Positions 50,679 through 63,456 of a stretch of 64,000 nt of DNA are shown here, in pieces. Source of the DNA: Mobula hypostoma (Eukaryota). Under the pieces are notes generated by a model. The model searched no databases and was not told the origin of the DNA. It was given only the letters and a program-made list of their open reading frames with translations. The stretch spans positions 231,820,001 to 231,884,000 of the forward strand of contig NC_086097.1 in assembly GCF_963921235.1 (NCBI RefSeq), read 5' to 3'. Both the position numbers and the translations under genes were made by a program. Each line of letters opens with the position of its first letter. Position 1 is the stretch's first letter.

Positions 50679-52185
50679 TATCATGGTCTGGTCCGTAAAT
50701 TCCGCATTCCGGTTCACGGTCTGGTCCGTGGACTCAGGACGCCGGGTCTTTCAGCTGTCCCTTGTTTGAGTTAATCATAGGCACCTGATTCCCATCTTTG
50801 GGCTTGCAATATAAGTAGCCTTGGGATTAAGTATGGGCTGCTGGTTTGTCTTGTCAGTCCCCTTTGGAGCAACCTGCTGATGGAAGGCTATCAAAACCAT
50901 TTGTGATCTCTAGGCCTGGTTGGAGGACCACTGCTTCATGGAACCTTGTTGCCACTCATTGGAGTGGTCTTTGCGGCATGGATTCGGCTGTTTCCTGGGC
51001 CAGCTGAGTGGCTGCCAGCCTCTCTGAGCTAGGTAGGGATCTGGCTGTTTCTGTAGCCAGCTGAGGTTGCTGGCTGAACCGAGACTTGGAGCTACTCAGG
51101 AGCAGAGATGGAACTGTCTGTTGTGCTTTGGTGTTTGTCTCTTCTTGTCCTTGCCTCTGTGGGGTAAGCCAGGCTATTCTGCTGTTGCCCTGTAGGGGGA
51201 TCTGTCTTGTCCTTGCCTCTGTGGAGTAAGCCAGGCTGTTTTGCTGTTGCCCTCTGGGGGGGCCCTGTCTTGTCTTGTCCTTGCCTCTGTTGGGTAAGTC
51301 TGGCTGTTCTGCTGTTACCTGGCAGAGAGACCTGTCCCACCTTGGTGTGGAGATGAAGTTGAGTCCTGGCTTGTTGTAGGATAAGTCCTGGCTCTATGTC
51401 TATGTTCTGTCCTGTCTCATCTTTGTGCTGTGTTAAAGATGAGTCCTGGCTTGTCGAAGGATAAGCCCTGGCTCCATGTTGATGTACAGTTCCCAGTCTG
51501 TCTTGGCTCTGCTCTCCAAGTTATCAGCCTCTGCATTTCAAGATGAAGACCCCAAGCCTCAAGGATCCCAAGCCAAGCTCCAAGAACCCAAGCCAAGCTC
51601 CAAGAACCCAAGCCAAGCTCCAAGAACCCAAGCCTCGAGGATCCCAAGCCAAGCTCCAAGAACCCAAGCCTCGAGGATCCCAAGCCAAGCTCCAAGAACC
51701 CAAGCCTCCAGGATCCCAAGCCAAGCTCCAAGAACCCAAGCCTCCAGGATCCCAAGCCAAGCTCAAGACCCAAGACCCCAAGCCCCGAGGATCCCAAGCC
51801 AAGCTCAAGACCCAAGACCCCAAGCCCCGAGGATCCCAAGCCAAGCTCAAGACCCAAAACCCCAAGCCCCGAGGATCCCAAGCCAAGCTCAAGACCCAAG
51901 ACCCCAAGCCTCAAGCTATGTCATGTCCTTGCCTGGTTCTGGGGTCCGAGCCCAAGGCAAGACCCAGGTTCTGGGTCCTTGTCCAGTCTCGGGCTTGGAG
52001 TCCAAGCCTTGTCTCCTAGCCCATGGTTCCTAGTCCTGGTCCCGCTTTCCCTAGCCCTACTCTGCGTTCTTGTCCCTGCTCCTTGCCTGAATCCTGTCAC
52101 GTCACTACTCTAGTCAAGTCCTGTTCCTTGTACTTCGGTGTCTGTGTCTTGCATTTGGGTTCATTCCCAGCACCTCCGTGTGACA
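50679..52185 (+). mobile_element. Solo LTR (Gypsy-like) of 1507 bp with 5-bp TSD
   Basis: Starts TATCA (TGTCA with one change), ends GTGTGACA; AAAGG at 50674-50678 and 52186-52190. Removal restores CR1 ggtaaaggaacccc. tataag box ~50810; no coding domains. Confidence 0.8.
51549..51916. repeat. CAAG-based tandem array (20-, 36- and 42-bp units) inside the LTR
   Basis: cccaagcctcgaggatcccaagccaagctccaagaa x4, then 42-bp units containing aagacccaagacc x4. Confidence 0.92.
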
Positions 52186-53783
52186 AAAGGAACCCCTAGG
52201 AGACAGTGATCATAATATGATACAAGTAATCCTGCAACTTGAGAGGAAGATGCTAAATACAGGTGTATCAGTAATAAAGGGAAACATGGAGACATGACAG
52301 AGTAGATGGACAAAGTTGATGGGAAGGGGCATTAGCAGAGGGATGATGGCAAACAATAGTTGAAGTTTCTGGGGGAATTTCGGAAGGCACAGGATAGATA
52401 CATTGCAAAGAAGAACAAGTATTCTAAAGTCAGGATGATGTGACAGTGGCTGACAAGGGAAGTAAAGAAACATAAAAGCAGAAGAAAGGGCATAAAATAG
52501 GGCAAACATTAGGGGGAAGTTAGAAGATTGGGAAGCATTTAAAACCAACCGGAGGCAACTAAAAAGCCATAAGGAGGGAAAAGATGAAAAATAGTGATAA
52601 GCTACCCAATAATATGAAAGAGGATATCAAAAGATTTTTCAGATATATCAAGAGTAAAAGAGAGGTGAGAGTAGATGTCAAACCACTGGAAAATGATGCT
52701 GGAGAGGTAGTAATGGGGGGACAAAGAAATGGTGGATGAACTAAATAAGTATTTTACATTCGTCTTCACTGTGGAAGACATTAGCAGTATGCCAGAAGTT
52801 CGAGAGTGCCAGGAGGCAGAAGTGAGTGCAATTCTATTTCTAGGGAGAAGGTGCTTGGGAAGCTGAAAGGTCTGAAGGTAAATAAATTACCTGGACCAGA
52901 TGGACTACACTCCCCATTTCTGAAACAGGTAGCTGAAGAGATTATGGAGGCAAAGTAATGATATTTCAAGAATCATTAGATTCTGGCATGGCCCCAGGGG
53001 ACTGGAAAATTGCAAATGTCACTCCACTCTTTGAGAAGGATGGAGGCAGAAGAAAGGATTTAGCTTGACCTCAGTGGTTGGAAGTTGTTGGAGTGAATTG
53101 TTAAGGATGAAGTTTCACGGTACCTGGAGGCACGTGATAAAATAGGTCAAAGTCAGCATAGTTTCCTAAAGCAAAAATCTTGCTTGACAAATCTTTTGGA
53201 ATTCCTTGAAGAAATAACAATCAGGATAGACAAAGGAGAATTAATCGATTTTTGGAAGGCCTTTGACAAGGTGCCACACATGAGGCTGCTTAACAAGTTA
53301 AGAGCCCATGCTATCACAGGAATGATACTAGCATAGATAGAGGATTGGCAGATTGAAGGCTGGGAGCCTTTTCTGTTTGGTTGCTGGTAACTATTGATTT
53401 TTGAAAAGGGTTGGTGTTACTTATATGTTAATGATTTGGATGATGGAATTGACGGCTTTGTGGCCACATTTGCAGACAATATGAAGATAGATGGAGGGGC
53501 AGGTAGTGTTGAGGAAACAGGGAGTCTGCAGAAGGACCTAGATTGATTAGCAGAATGGCAAAGAAGTGAGTGTTTGGAAGTGTATTTTCATACACTTTAT
53601 TACAAGGAACAGAAGTGTAGACTGTTTTCTAATTGGGCAGAAAATTAGAAACCTGAGGTTCAAGGGGACTTGACTTCTTGTGCAGGATTCCCTAAAGGTT
53701 AACTTGTAAGTTGAGTCAATGGGAGCAAATGGAATGTTAGCATTCATTTCAAGAGGACTAGAATGTAAAAGCAAAGATGTAAT

Positions 53784-54967
53784 TTTCATTGACTACATTG
53801 ACTCCTTTTCATTGACTCTCTGCCTTTAATACCATCATTCCAAATAAACTGATTCCTAAGCTCTGGAACCTGGGCCTTAGCACTCAGATCTGCAGCTGGA
53901 TCTTCAACTTCCTCAGACAGGACCCAGGCTGTAAAAATAGGGGACAAGCTCTCCTCTACAATCACTCTGAGCACCGGTGCCCCACAAGTCTGTGTACTCA
54001 GCCCCCTGCTGTACTCACTGTACACACATGATTGTGTAGCCAAGTTTCCATCGAACTCAATATATAAGTTTGCTGATGACACAACAATTCTAGCTGTATC
54101 TCGGGTAATGATGAGTTTGAATACAGAGAGGAAATTAAGAACCTGGTGGCACGGTGCAAAGACAATAACCTATCCCTCAACGTCAGCAAGACGAAGGAAT
54201 TGGTTGTTGACTTCAGATGGAGTAGCGGACTGTACAACCCAATTTACATCGGTGGTGCGCAAGTGGAACAGGTCAAAAGCTTTAAGTTCCTTGGGGTCAA
54301 TATCACAAATGACCTGACTTGGTCCAGCCAAGCAGAGTCCACTGCCAAGGAGGCCCACCAGTGCCTTTACTTCCTGAGAAAACTAAGGAAATTTGGCCTG
54401 TCCCCTTAAACCCTCACTAATTTTTATAGCTGCACTGTAGAAAGCATTCTTCTAAGGTGCATCACAACCTTGTATGGAAGTTGTCCTGTCCAAGACCGGA
54501 AGAAGCTGCAGAAGATCGTGAACACGGTGCAGCACATCACACAAACCAATCTTCCGTCCTTGGACTCCCTTTACACCGCATGCTGTTGGAGTAGTGCTGC
54601 CAGGATAATCAAGGACACGACCCACCCAGCCAACACACTTTTCATCCCTCTTCCCTCTGGAGAAGGCTCAGGAGTCATACGGCCAGATTTGGGAACAGCT
54701 TCTTTCCAACTGTGATAAGGCTGCTGAATGGATCCTGACCCAGATCTGGCCCGTACCCTCCAAACCTCCAAATATCCGGACCTACATCTCGGTTTTTTTT
54801 TGTACTACCTTACTTTCCATTTTTCTAATTTTTCTATTTGATTTATAATTTAAATTTTTAATATTTACTATTGATTTGTAATCCAGGGAGCGGGAAGCGC
54901 AGAATCAAATAGTGCTACGATGATTGTACGTTCTAGTATCAATTGTTTGGCGACAATGAAGTATAAA
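53784..54967 (+). mobile_element. 5'-truncated Rex1/Babar LINE nested in CR1
   Basis: SAFNTIIP...TGAPQVCVLSPLLYSLYTHDC...KFADDTT, WCKDNNLSLNVSKTKELVVDFR; GTAAT repeats at 53779-53783 and 54968-54972; CR1 resumes in register. Confidence 0.88.
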
Positions 54968-56744
54968 GTAATACTGAGGCTTTATAAGGCATAGGTGAGG
55001 CCTCACTTAGAGTATTGTGAACAGTTTTAGGCCCCTTATCTAAGAAAGGATGTGCTGACATTAGAGAGAGTTCAGAGGAGGTTCATGAGAATGATTCCGG
55101 AATGATAGGGTTATTGTATGAAGAGCACTTAGTAGCTCTGGGCTCATACTTACTGGAATTTAAAAGAATGAGGTGGGGGGGATCTCATTGAAACCTATCA
55201 ATTGTTGAAAGGCCTAGATAGGGTGGATGTGGAGAGGATGTTTCCTTTCGTGGGGGAGCCTAGCACCAGAGGGCACAGATTCAGAGCAGAGGGGCACCCA
55301 TTTAGAATGGAGATGAGGAAATTTCTTTAGCTAGAGGATGGTGAATCTGTGGAATTCATTGCCACAGGCAGCTGTGGAGGCCAGTTCACTGGGTGTACTT
55401 AAGGTGGAGGTTGATTGGTTCTTGATTAGTCTGGGCATCAAAGGTTATGGGGGGGAAGGCAGGAAAACAGGGATGAGAGGGAAAATGGATCAGCCATGAT
55501 GAAAGGGTGGAACAGACTTGATGGCCTAGTTCTGCTTCTATCTCTTATGGTCTTTGGTTTTATATAATCTGATGCATTTATGAAAAATTAAAGCTAATCT
55601 TAAATCTTAGATTAGTGAACCTCTCTGTGTGAAGCCAGTTATCAAGGATAGGACGCTGACAGTAACCCCATCATTCTTCTCTGTCCACACTTGTATAATG
55701 ACTGTAAGGCCACAACTCATGCAGATGATCAATATGTTCCTCCATTTCTTATTTTATAAACTATCATCTTCAATGAGGAAACAAGAAACAATCGACATCT
55801 CTATAACCGAGATATCCTCAAAAGTACCACAGTGAAAATGCTGCAGTTGATACAACCTCATTTCAATGGTTGCATAAGCCTTGACATTTGTACTACATGA
55901 TCCATGCAGCTGGTGTGGAGGCTGCCTGATTCCCAACGCAATCAGGAGAGGCACCAAAATGTACCACAAAAAATTATGCCAAGGTCAATTGGAAATGATA
56001 TCAGGAAACATACTTCCATTGGAAAGGATAGGGAAACCTTGGAATACTATCCCCCAAGGCTCAGCCAACTGAAAATTTCATAAGTAAGAGTGACAGGTTT
56101 TTTGTTAGTTAAAGACATGTGCAATCCAAGACAGGAAGATGAAAATGAAAAGCAGATCAGCTATGAGGGGTGTTGCCTGGACGTCACAGTATTGCTGTTC
56201 AGACAGAGGAATGTAGTGGACAGTCAGAGGTGGAATTGCATGATTAGGGATTAGAAAAAGGATTTAAGTGGATGCCGTAGTTAGGGCAGATGATAGTACT
56301 GCAATATTTGAAACACATATACAGTATACTGTAAATTTACAAAAATGATATGAAGTGAATTCTGTACAGTGGTTTATGAAGTGGGGTCTTGGACTCAGGT
56401 AAAAGCACGTCACTATTTCTGCTTCTTTAAGTAAATCCAAGTCCATATTGTGGGGAAAGTATATTAATTAATGGACAACATGAATGAACCATTTGGACAG
56501 TGGATTGTCTCAAAAGGCACTGCTATCTGCCTTTTGAGGTCACTTTGCATGTCCAGCAGCTAGGCCTGTTGTCTGCAAAATTGGTCCACACTCTTCTGGT
56601 CAGTCTGGTAGGGATCTCTACATTCTGCCATTGGGAACAAGATGGTGTTGAATGAATGGGTTGTTCTGAATCTTCACATTAAATGTGAATGTTCACTGCA
56701 TACTCCATTGTATATACTTGAGATACAGACTGCTTTCCCAGAGG

Positions 56745-58075
56745 ATTCTTTTTCATCTTGAGTGCTCATGGGCTTGGGATTCTTGGAATTGGACAACATG
56801 ATACATTTCTTGCAAGGAAGCTTTGAGATTGTCTTTGAAGTGTTTTCTTTGTTCTCCAGGAAATCTCCTCTTGTGGTGGAACTTAGACGTGTGTTTGGAT
56901 CTGGAGGTCAGGTCAGGTATGCAGGAGACGTGGCCTAACCACTGAAGGTGGTTGAGCCTGATCAGGCTCTCCGTGTCATAGAAACATAGAAAATAGGTGC
57001 AGGAGTAGGCCATTCGGCCCTTCAAGCCTGCACTGCCATTTATTATGATCATGGCTGATCATCCAACTCAGAACCTTGCACCAGCCTTCCCTCCATACCC
57101 CCTGATCCCTGTAGCCACAAGGGCCACATCTAACTCCCTCTTAAATATAGCCAATGAACTGGCCTCAACAGTTTCCTGTGGCAGAGAATTCCACAGATTC
57201 ACCACTCTCTGTGTGAAGATGTTTTTCCTAATCTCGGTCCTAAAAGGCTTCCCCTTTATCCTCAAACTGTGACCCCTCGTTCTGGACTTCCCCAACATCG
57301 GGAACAATCTTCCTGCATCTAGCCTGTCCAATCCCTTTAGGATTTTATACGTTTCAATCAGATCCCCCCTCAATCTTCTAAATTCCAATGAGTACAAGCC
57401 CAGTTCATCCAGTCTTTCTTCATATGAAAGTCCTGCCATCCCAGGAATCAATCTGGTGAACCTTCTTTGTACTCCCTCTATGGCAAAGATGTCTTTCCTC
57501 AGATTAGAGGACCAAAACTGCACACAATACTCCAGGTGTGGTCTCACCAAGGCCTTGTACAACAGCAGTAGTACCTCCCTGCTCCTGTACTCGAATCCTC
57601 TCGCTATAAATGCCAGCATACCATTTGCCTTTTTCACCGCCTGCTGTACCTGCATGCCCACTTTCAATGACTGGTGTATAATGACACCCAGGTCTCGTTG
57701 CACCTCCCCTTTTCCTAATCGGCCACCATTCAGATAATAATCTGTTTTCCTATTTTTGCCACCAAAGTGGATAACTTCACATTTAAACTGTTGGCCTAGG
57801 AGATGGCACTGACATTGATCTGCCTAATCTGTCAATGGATTTGGAGAGATTCCCTGGCATCAGTGTTGGATGTGTTGGACCAATGCTTTGAGATACCTAC
57901 CATAAGTTATCCATATATATATAAAAGGGTGAGGTTAACGACTTCTCAATGAATTGAATGCTTGGTGTTGGGTTTCTGGTCTTGAACTTCAAACACCCAT
58001 GTCATCAATAAAGTAAAGGCTGCACAGGCACACAAGGAGGATGAGGAGAGATCTCATAACACTCAACTTTGAACA
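56745..58075 (-). mobile_element. Old RTE-type LINE fragment split by a CR1
   Basis: LNHLQWLGHVSCIPD...GEQRKHFKDNLKASL in ORF 56753-57052; RTE-like remnant continues at 57787-58050. Confidence 0.6.
56977..57785 (-). mobile_element. Young CR1 3' fragment
   Basis: Open 211-aa RT C-terminus ORF 57068-57703; (catagaaa)n tail. Confidence 0.92.
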
Positions 58076-58114
58076 TACCTAATATATTAAAATTACACCA
58101 ACCTACAGAGATTA

Positions 58115-60722
58115 TAGAACTTGGAACATAGAATACCACAGCACAGTACAGGCTCCATGGGCACCATTTTGTGCCGATCTTTTAACTTACCCTAAGGTCA
58201 AGAGTGGGAAGCCAGAGGATTGGGAAATTTTTAAAGAGCAACAGAAGATAACTAAAAAGGCAATACGGGGAGAAAAGATGAGGTATGAAGGTAAGCTAGC
58301 CAAGAATATAAAGGAGGATAGTAAAAGCTTCTTCAGGTATGTGAAGATGAAAAAATTAGTTAAGACCAAAGTTGGGCCCTTGAAGACAGAAATAGGTGAA
58401 TTTATTATGGGGAACAAAAATGGCAGGTGAGTTGAACAGGTACTTTGGATCTGTCTTCACTAGGGAAGACACAAACAATCCCCCAGATGTAATAGTGGCC
58501 AGAGGACCTCGGGTAACAGAGGAACTGAAGGAAATTCACATTAAGCAGCAAATGGTGTTGGATAGACTGATGGGACTGAAGGCTGATAGATCCCCAGGGC
58601 CTGATGGTCTGCAACCCAGGGTACTTAAGGAGGTGGCTCTAGAAATCGTGGATGCATTGGTAATCATTTTCCAATGTTCTGTAGATTCAGGATCAGTTCC
58701 TGTGGTTTAGAAGGTAGCTAATGTTATCCCCCTTTTTAAGAAAGGAGGGAGAGAGAAAACATGGAATTATAGACCAGTTAGCCTGACATCAGTGGTGGGG
58801 AAGGTGCTGGAGTCAATTATAAAAGATGAAATAGCAGGACATTTGGATAGCAGTAACAGGATCGGTCCGAGTCAGCATGGATTTACAAAGGGGAAATCAT
58901 GCTTGACTAGTCTTCTGGAATTTTTTGAGGATGTAACTATGAAAAGGGACAAAGGAGAGTTAGTGGATGTAGTGTACCTGGACTTTCAGAAAGCCTTTGA
59001 TAAGGTCCCACATAGGAGATTAGTGGGCAAAATTGGAGAACCTGGTATTGGGGGTAGGGTACTGACATGGATAGAAAATTGGTTGGCAGACAGGAAACAA
59101 AGAGTAGGGATTAACGGGTCCCTTTCAGAATGGCAGGCAGTGACTAGTGGGGTACCGCAAGGCTCGGTGCTGGGTCCGCAGCTATTTACAATATACATTA
59201 ATGATTTAGATGAAGAGATTAAAAGTAACATTAGCAAATTTGCAGATGACACAAAGTTGGGTGGCAGTGTGAAATGTGAGGAGGATGTTATGGGAATGCA
59301 GGGTGACTTGGACAGGTTGGGTGAGTGGGTAGATGCATGGCAGATGCAGTTTAATGTGGACAAATGTGAGGTTATCCATTTTGGTGGCAAGAACAGGAAG
59401 GCAGATTACTATCTGAATGGTGTCAAGTTAGGAAAAGGGGAAGTACAATGAGATCTTGGTGTCCTTGTTCATCAGTCACTGAAAGTAAGCATACAGGTAC
59501 AGCAGGTAGTGAAGAAAGCTAATGGCATGTTGGCCTTCATAACAAGGGGAGTTGAGTATAGGAGCAAAGAGGTCCTTCTGCAGTTATACAGGGCCCTGGT
59601 GAGACAACATCTGGAGTATTGTGTGCAGTTTTGGTCTCCAAATTTGAGGAAGGATATTCTTGCTATTTGAGGGAGTGCAGCATAGGTTCACGAGGTTAAT
59701 TCCTGGGATAGCGGGACTGTCATATGTTGGAAGATTGGAGCGACTGGGCTTGTATACACTGGAATTTAGAAGGAGGAGAGGGGATCTGATTGAAACATAA
59801 GATTATTAAGGGATTGGACATGCTAGAGGCAGGAAACATGTTCCCGATGTTAGGGGAGTCCAGAACCAGAGGCCACAGTTTAAGAATAAGAGGAAGGCCA
59901 TTTAGAATGGAGTTGAAGAAAAAATTTTTCACCCGGAGAGTTGTGGATCTGTGGAATGCTGTGTCTCAGAAGGCAGTGGGGGCCAATTCTCTGGATGCTT
60001 TCAAGAAAGAGTTAGATAGAGCTCTTAAAGATAGTGGAGTCAAGGGATATGGGGAGAAGGTAGGAACGGGATACTGATTGTGGATGATCAGCCATGATCA
60101 CAGTGAATGGCGGTACTCGCTCGAAGGGCTGAATGGCCTATTCCTGCACCTATTGTCTATTGTCAATCTAATCTTTCCCTCCTACACAGTCCTCCTTTTT
60201 CCTATCATCCATGTGTCTATCTAAGAGTTCCTTAAATGCCTCTAATGTATCTGTCTCGCCCACTACCCCTGCAGGGCGTTGCACACACTCACCACTCTCT
60301 ATGTAAATAACTTACCTCTGACATTCTCCCCTTTACTTTCCTCCATTTACTTTAAAATATGCCCCTGGTATTAACTATTTCCACCTGGGAATAAGTCTCT
60401 GGCTGTGCACTCGTTCCATGTCTCTTATCATCTTGCACAGGTCTATCAAGTTATCTCTCCAAAGACAAAAGCCCTAGCTTGCACAATATATCTTCATTAC
60501 TCATGCCCTCAAGTCCAGGCAGTATCTTGGTAAATCACCTCTGTATACCATCTAAAGCTTCTGCATCTTTCCTATAATAAGAAGACTAGAACTAAACTCA
60601 GTATTCCAGGTGTGGTCTAACTAGGGCTTTATAGAGCTGCAACGTTACCTCACAGCTCTTTGACTTAATCCCTGACTAATGAAGGCAAATAACTTTATGC
60701 CTTCTTAACCACCCTATCAACT
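58115..60722 (-). mobile_element. Old CR1 3' fragment (58115-58201 plus 60162-60722) hosting the younger CR1
   Basis: Halves join to match the homologous tail at 22893-23000. Confidence 0.7.
58202..60161 (+). mobile_element. 5'-truncated CR1, same subfamily as 25018-28248
   Basis: Near-colinear with 25590-28248 minus the nested insert; RT ORF 58792-59451; GTCAA repeats at 58197-58201 and 60162-60166. Confidence 0.92.
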
Positions 60723-61218
60723 ATAGTTACAACAGTGCAAAGCAATACCGTAGTTTGATAAAGAGCAAACCATGGTCACAGTAAAAAAAAAGTCTCAAAG
60801 TCCCGATAGCCCCAATGTCTCATGTAGAAGGAAGAAACTCTCCCTGCCATGAGCTTCCAGTGCCGCAAACTTGCCGATGCAGCATCCTGGAAGCACCCGA
60901 CCACAGTCCGACTCTGAGTCTGTCCGAAAACTTCGAGCCTCCGACCAGCCCCCCGACACCGAGCACCATCTCTGCTGAGTGCTTCGATCCCAGCCCCCGT
61001 TCGCCAAGCAACAGGCAAAGCCGAGGATTCGGGGCCTTCCCCACCGGAGGTTTCGGATCACACAGTAGCAGCAGTGGCGAAGCAAGCATTTCAGAAGTTT
61101 CACCAGATGTTCCTCCGTGCTCTCACGTCTGCCTCCATCAAATCAGAAATGTGCACGGCCCCCTACTTGCCAGATTACAGATATTCATCACAGGAGAGTC
61201 TGTGTCGCACCACCATCC
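60723..61218 (-). mobile_element. CpG-rich non-coding interspersed repeat (possibly Rex-associated non-autonomous element)
   Basis: Abrupt GC/CpG-rich block between two CR1 fragments; minus strand starts ggatggtggtgcgac; no recognisable protein. Confidence 0.4.
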
Positions 61219-61230
61219 TCTCCTCTTCCT

Positions 61231-61862
61231 ATGAAGGCCAATGTGCCAAAAGCTTTTTTAAAAGACCCTATCTACCTGTGCCTCCACTTTCAATGAATTG
61301 TGGACCTGTATTTCCAGATAACCTTTTGTTCTACCACATTTCTCAGAGCCCTACAGTTCACTGTGTAAGACCTACCCTTATTGGCCCTACTGAAGTGCAA
61401 CACCTTGCACTCCTCTACATTAAATTCCCTCTGCCATTTCCCCAGCGGATCTAGATCCCACTGCAAGCTCAAGTAGCATTCTTCGCTGTCCACTATACCC
61501 TGAATCTCGGTGTCATCCAGATCATTGATATAGATAACAAATAACAATGAAATCAGCACTGATTCCTGAGGCACTCCACCAGTCAAAGGCCTCTATAAGA
61601 TTAGCGGGACTTTTCCAAACCATGCCGACTATCCCTAATCAGTCCACGTCTACCCAAATACTGATCCCTTAGAATACCTTCCAATAACTTTCCCATTACT
61701 GATGTCAGGCTCTCCAGCCTATAATTTCCTGCTTTATTTTTAGAGCCTTTCTTCAACTGTGGAACAATGTTAGCTATCCTCCAATTCTCCAGTACCTCAC
61801 CTGTCACTAAGGATGATTTAAGGGGCTCGGGCCCCTGCAATTCCTGCACGTGCCTCCCGCAG
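61231..61862 (-). mobile_element. Degenerate CR1 RT fragment
   Basis: ORFs 61290-61586 (GGVPQESVL...YINDLD) and 61601-61849 (WRIANIVP...GNYR). Confidence 0.8.
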
Positions 61863-63234
61863 AGTCCCTTGCCTTTGTAATTTAGCTACAACTGTGGTCA
61901 CTGTTCAACACAACTCTGTTCATTCCCAATAGCTTTAAACAGACGATAATTTTCGATGATATTGTAATTTGTGCAGTACTGCTTCGGGAAGATAGAAGGT
62001 TTAAATTTGCTACCTCCATGGGGTTTCAGGGCAACACTTGTATATGAATCTAAATATTTTAAATGCAATAACTGGATGATTACATTTATTTAGAGTCATA
62101 GATTCATAGAGCACGACTGCACAGAAACAGGCCTTTCGGCCCATCTTCTCCAAGCCACACTATTATTTTGCCAAGTCCCATTGCCCTCCCAGCCATGTAC
62201 TCATCAAAAACTTCTCTTAAAGGTTGAAACCAAATCCACATCCATCATCTCCGCTGGCAGAATTTGTATAATTCTACAATAATAACTGCATTACATATAC
62301 AACCTTTTTTTTCAAATATGCACTCATTTTAAGGCAGCTATCGCATTTTCCACATGCTGAAAATGATAAAGGATATTTAATGTCAGGACAGTCAGTCGAT
62401 GTTGATGTTTCAAACCAATCATTTGTTGGCATGCGGATGAGCTGAATAAATGGACATTCATGTTTAAACATTGCAGCGCTTTTAATGAACACCAGTAACA
62501 ACATTTCAGCACAGTTATTAAATGAACCTTCTCTAGGACCTTGTGAAAAATTTCCTGTGCTTATTTTACAAAAGGGGGAAAAAAAGTTTATGAAAGAGTT
62601 CACCGACAGCAAGAGTGATTTTCTGCAGATTCCAAATAATGTGTAGGAGAGGAGTCAGTCTGCACAGAGCATGCAGTAAAGCATTTTTACTGCTCAACAA
62701 GCGTAAATCATGCAAGGCAGCAAGGAGCCGAGCCTAATTTCATTCTCAGGTTAGAATTCAAGCCGTCTCATTTATTAAGACCAGTTTTGATACACGCTTG
62801 CTTTGAACCTTCTTCAGCTTCAGAGTTTGTTTCTGTACAACTCTGTATGTTTGTGATATTGTCACACATAATCATTTGGAGCACATTAGTTACAGCGAGA
62901 CAGAGGCTGCAGTTCAGGTCAGTGTAACTTCTTGAGGTGGAATTACTCATGTTAATGCACATAAATAATGACTTTATAAATGAATAATGGTAATGTAATG
63001 TGTCCTCACCCCACACTTCCTTCAAAACATTGTACCAGACTGGAATGTATAGAAATCGTAATCCAGGAGCAAACTCATCGGAACTTAGTAACTGAACTAA
63101 CAAATCAATTAAAGGTGTGTGCTGTGGGTTGCTAAGTACCCCTAGACACACGAATCAGTGAAAAGACATTTCTAGATAGAATTTTGGAAATGATAAAACT
63201 AAGTGATCTAGTGATAAATGAACTTTGTAAAATA

Positions 63235-63330
63235 TGACGAAGGGTCTTGGCCTGAAACGTCGACTGCACCTCTTCCTACAGATGCTGCCTGGCCTGCTGC
63301 GTTCACCAGCAACTTTGATGTGTGTTGTTT
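63235..63330 (+). mobile_element. Penelope pLTR fragment with near-consensus hammerhead 3' half
   Basis: tgacgaagggtcttggcctgaaacgtcgactg...agatgctgcctggcctgctg. Confidence 0.7.
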
Positions 63331-63456
63331 GTGAAATATAGTAGTTCTTTCAGGAAGTAAAATTCTTGTTTCTTTAGCGATACAGCATGGAACAAGACTT
63401 TTTGGTCTATTGAGCCGCACTGCCCAGCAACCCACTTATTTAACGTTAGCCTGCAT

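Larger units (their letters stand above)
50305..55552 (+). mobile_element. Degenerate CR1 LINE with two nested insertions
   Basis: APE remnants (ESMWIELK, RDFN, ILDWVLCNEPDLI), RT remnants 52850-53780 and 54973-55440, tcttatgg tail; many stops and frameshifts. Confidence 0.85.

Noticed and set aside
51140..51916. CRISPR-like look of the repeats
   Set aside because: Units are contiguous with no unique spacers; vertebrate DNA; no cas genes.
51417..52033. Long overlapping ORFs with repetitive peptides (QAKLQEPKPRGS, LGVLGLELGLGSS)
   Set aside because: Artefact of a stop-free tandem array with 36/42-bp units inside a solo LTR; open on both strands.
60776..61234. Several overlapping ORFs in a GC-rich block
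   Set aside because: No recognisable domain or splice signals; block is embedded among CR1 fragments.
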